A stretch of DNA of 53,415 nt from Candidatus Eiseniibacteriota bacterium (lineage in GTDB: Bacteria > Eisenbacteria > RBG-16-71-46 > DASYSL01): NCBI GenBank assembly GCA_031431875.1, contig JANPEF010000138.1:1-53415 (forward strand). The letters are read 5' to 3'. The notes under the pieces are model-generated. The model was not told where the DNA came from. It worked only from the letters and a program-made list of their open reading frames with translations, and made no database searches. A program made the translations under genes and the position numbers. This document shows positions 52,880 to 53,415 of the stretch, one piece after another. Positions within the stretch are counted from its first letter, which is position 1; every line of letters starts with the position of its first letter.

Positions 52880-53415
52880 ATGGACTCGGCAAGCCCCGAA
52901 GCGACGGTCTTGAGCGCGGTTCCGGGACTTTCCCCGGTCCCCGGCTCGTGGCAAGCGGACGCCGCGGATGCATCCCGCGCGGCGGCCGGGGACTTTCGTG
53001 CCTTCGAGCGGCTCTACCGGACGCACGCCGGCCGCGTCCACGCCCTCGCCCGGCGAATGCTCTCGCCCGACGAAGCGGCCGAGGCCACCCAGGACGCCTT
53101 CGTCCGGGCGTGGCAGAAGATCGACCAGTTTCGGGGAGAAGCCGCGTTCGGCACCTGGCTTCACCGGCTCGCGGTCAACGTGTTCCTCGCCCGGCGGCAG
53201 CTGCTCAAGCTGCAGCGCGAGCGCCACGTCGAGGACGAGACCGTGCTCGCGAGCCTGCCCGCCCGCGTCGCCGGGACGGACCTGAGCGTCGACTTCGAGG
53301 CTGCGCTCGTCAAGCTGCCGCCGGGAGCGCGCCAGGTGTTCGTGCTCCACGACGTGGAAGGCTACAAGCACGAGGAGATCGCCGGATTGCTCGGCGTGAC
53401 GACGGGAACGACGAA
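52880..53415 (+). CDS. ECF RNA polymerase sigma factor (3' truncated by the window end)
   Basis: Not in the ORF track because it has no stop; SD AAGGAG; reads GDFRAFERLY..TQDAFVRAW..FRGEAAFGTWLHRLAVN..LPPGARQVFVLHDVEGYKHEEIA. Confidence 0.92.
   Translation, partial: MDSASPEATVLSAVPGLSPVPGSWQADAADASRAAAGDFRAFERLYRTHAGRVHALARRMLSPDEAAEATQDAFVRAWQKIDQFRGEAAFGTWLHRLAVNVFLARRQLLKLQRERHVEDETVLASLPARVAGTDLSVDFEAALVKLPPGARQVFVLHDVEGYKHEEIAGLLGVTTGTT

Overview
High-GC bacterial chromosomal segment from a diderm organism (it encodes a TonB-dependent receptor, a beta-barrel and lipoproteins; lineage cannot be fixed from sequence alone). Almost all real genes are on the + strand and many are translationally coupled. 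In order: end of glyQ and glyS; a small outer-membrane protein; a pyrimidine operon (pyrR-pyrB-pyrC-carA-carB-[TPR lipoprotein]-pyrK-pyrD-pyrF, no pyrE) behind a PyrR-type attenuator; a large surface-polysaccharide/glycosylation locus interleaved with the housekeeping block khpA-rimM-trmD-rplS and rnhB-yraN (rpsP absent from its usual place); a promoter-driven structured ncRNA candidate (6S-like, other options open); a TonB receptor, a small secreted protein and a glycoside-hydrolase-like gene; and a B12-dependent acyl-CoA mutase operon. That mutase has isobutyryl-CoA mutase signature residues rather than methylmalonyl-CoA mutase ones, and is coupled to MeaB, an atypical Fe-S flavoprotein and a CoA-transferase. 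The window ends in a truncated ECF sigma factor. I saw no tRNA, rRNA, CRISPR array, IS element or prophage. All calls rest on motif recognition by eye; no searches were run.
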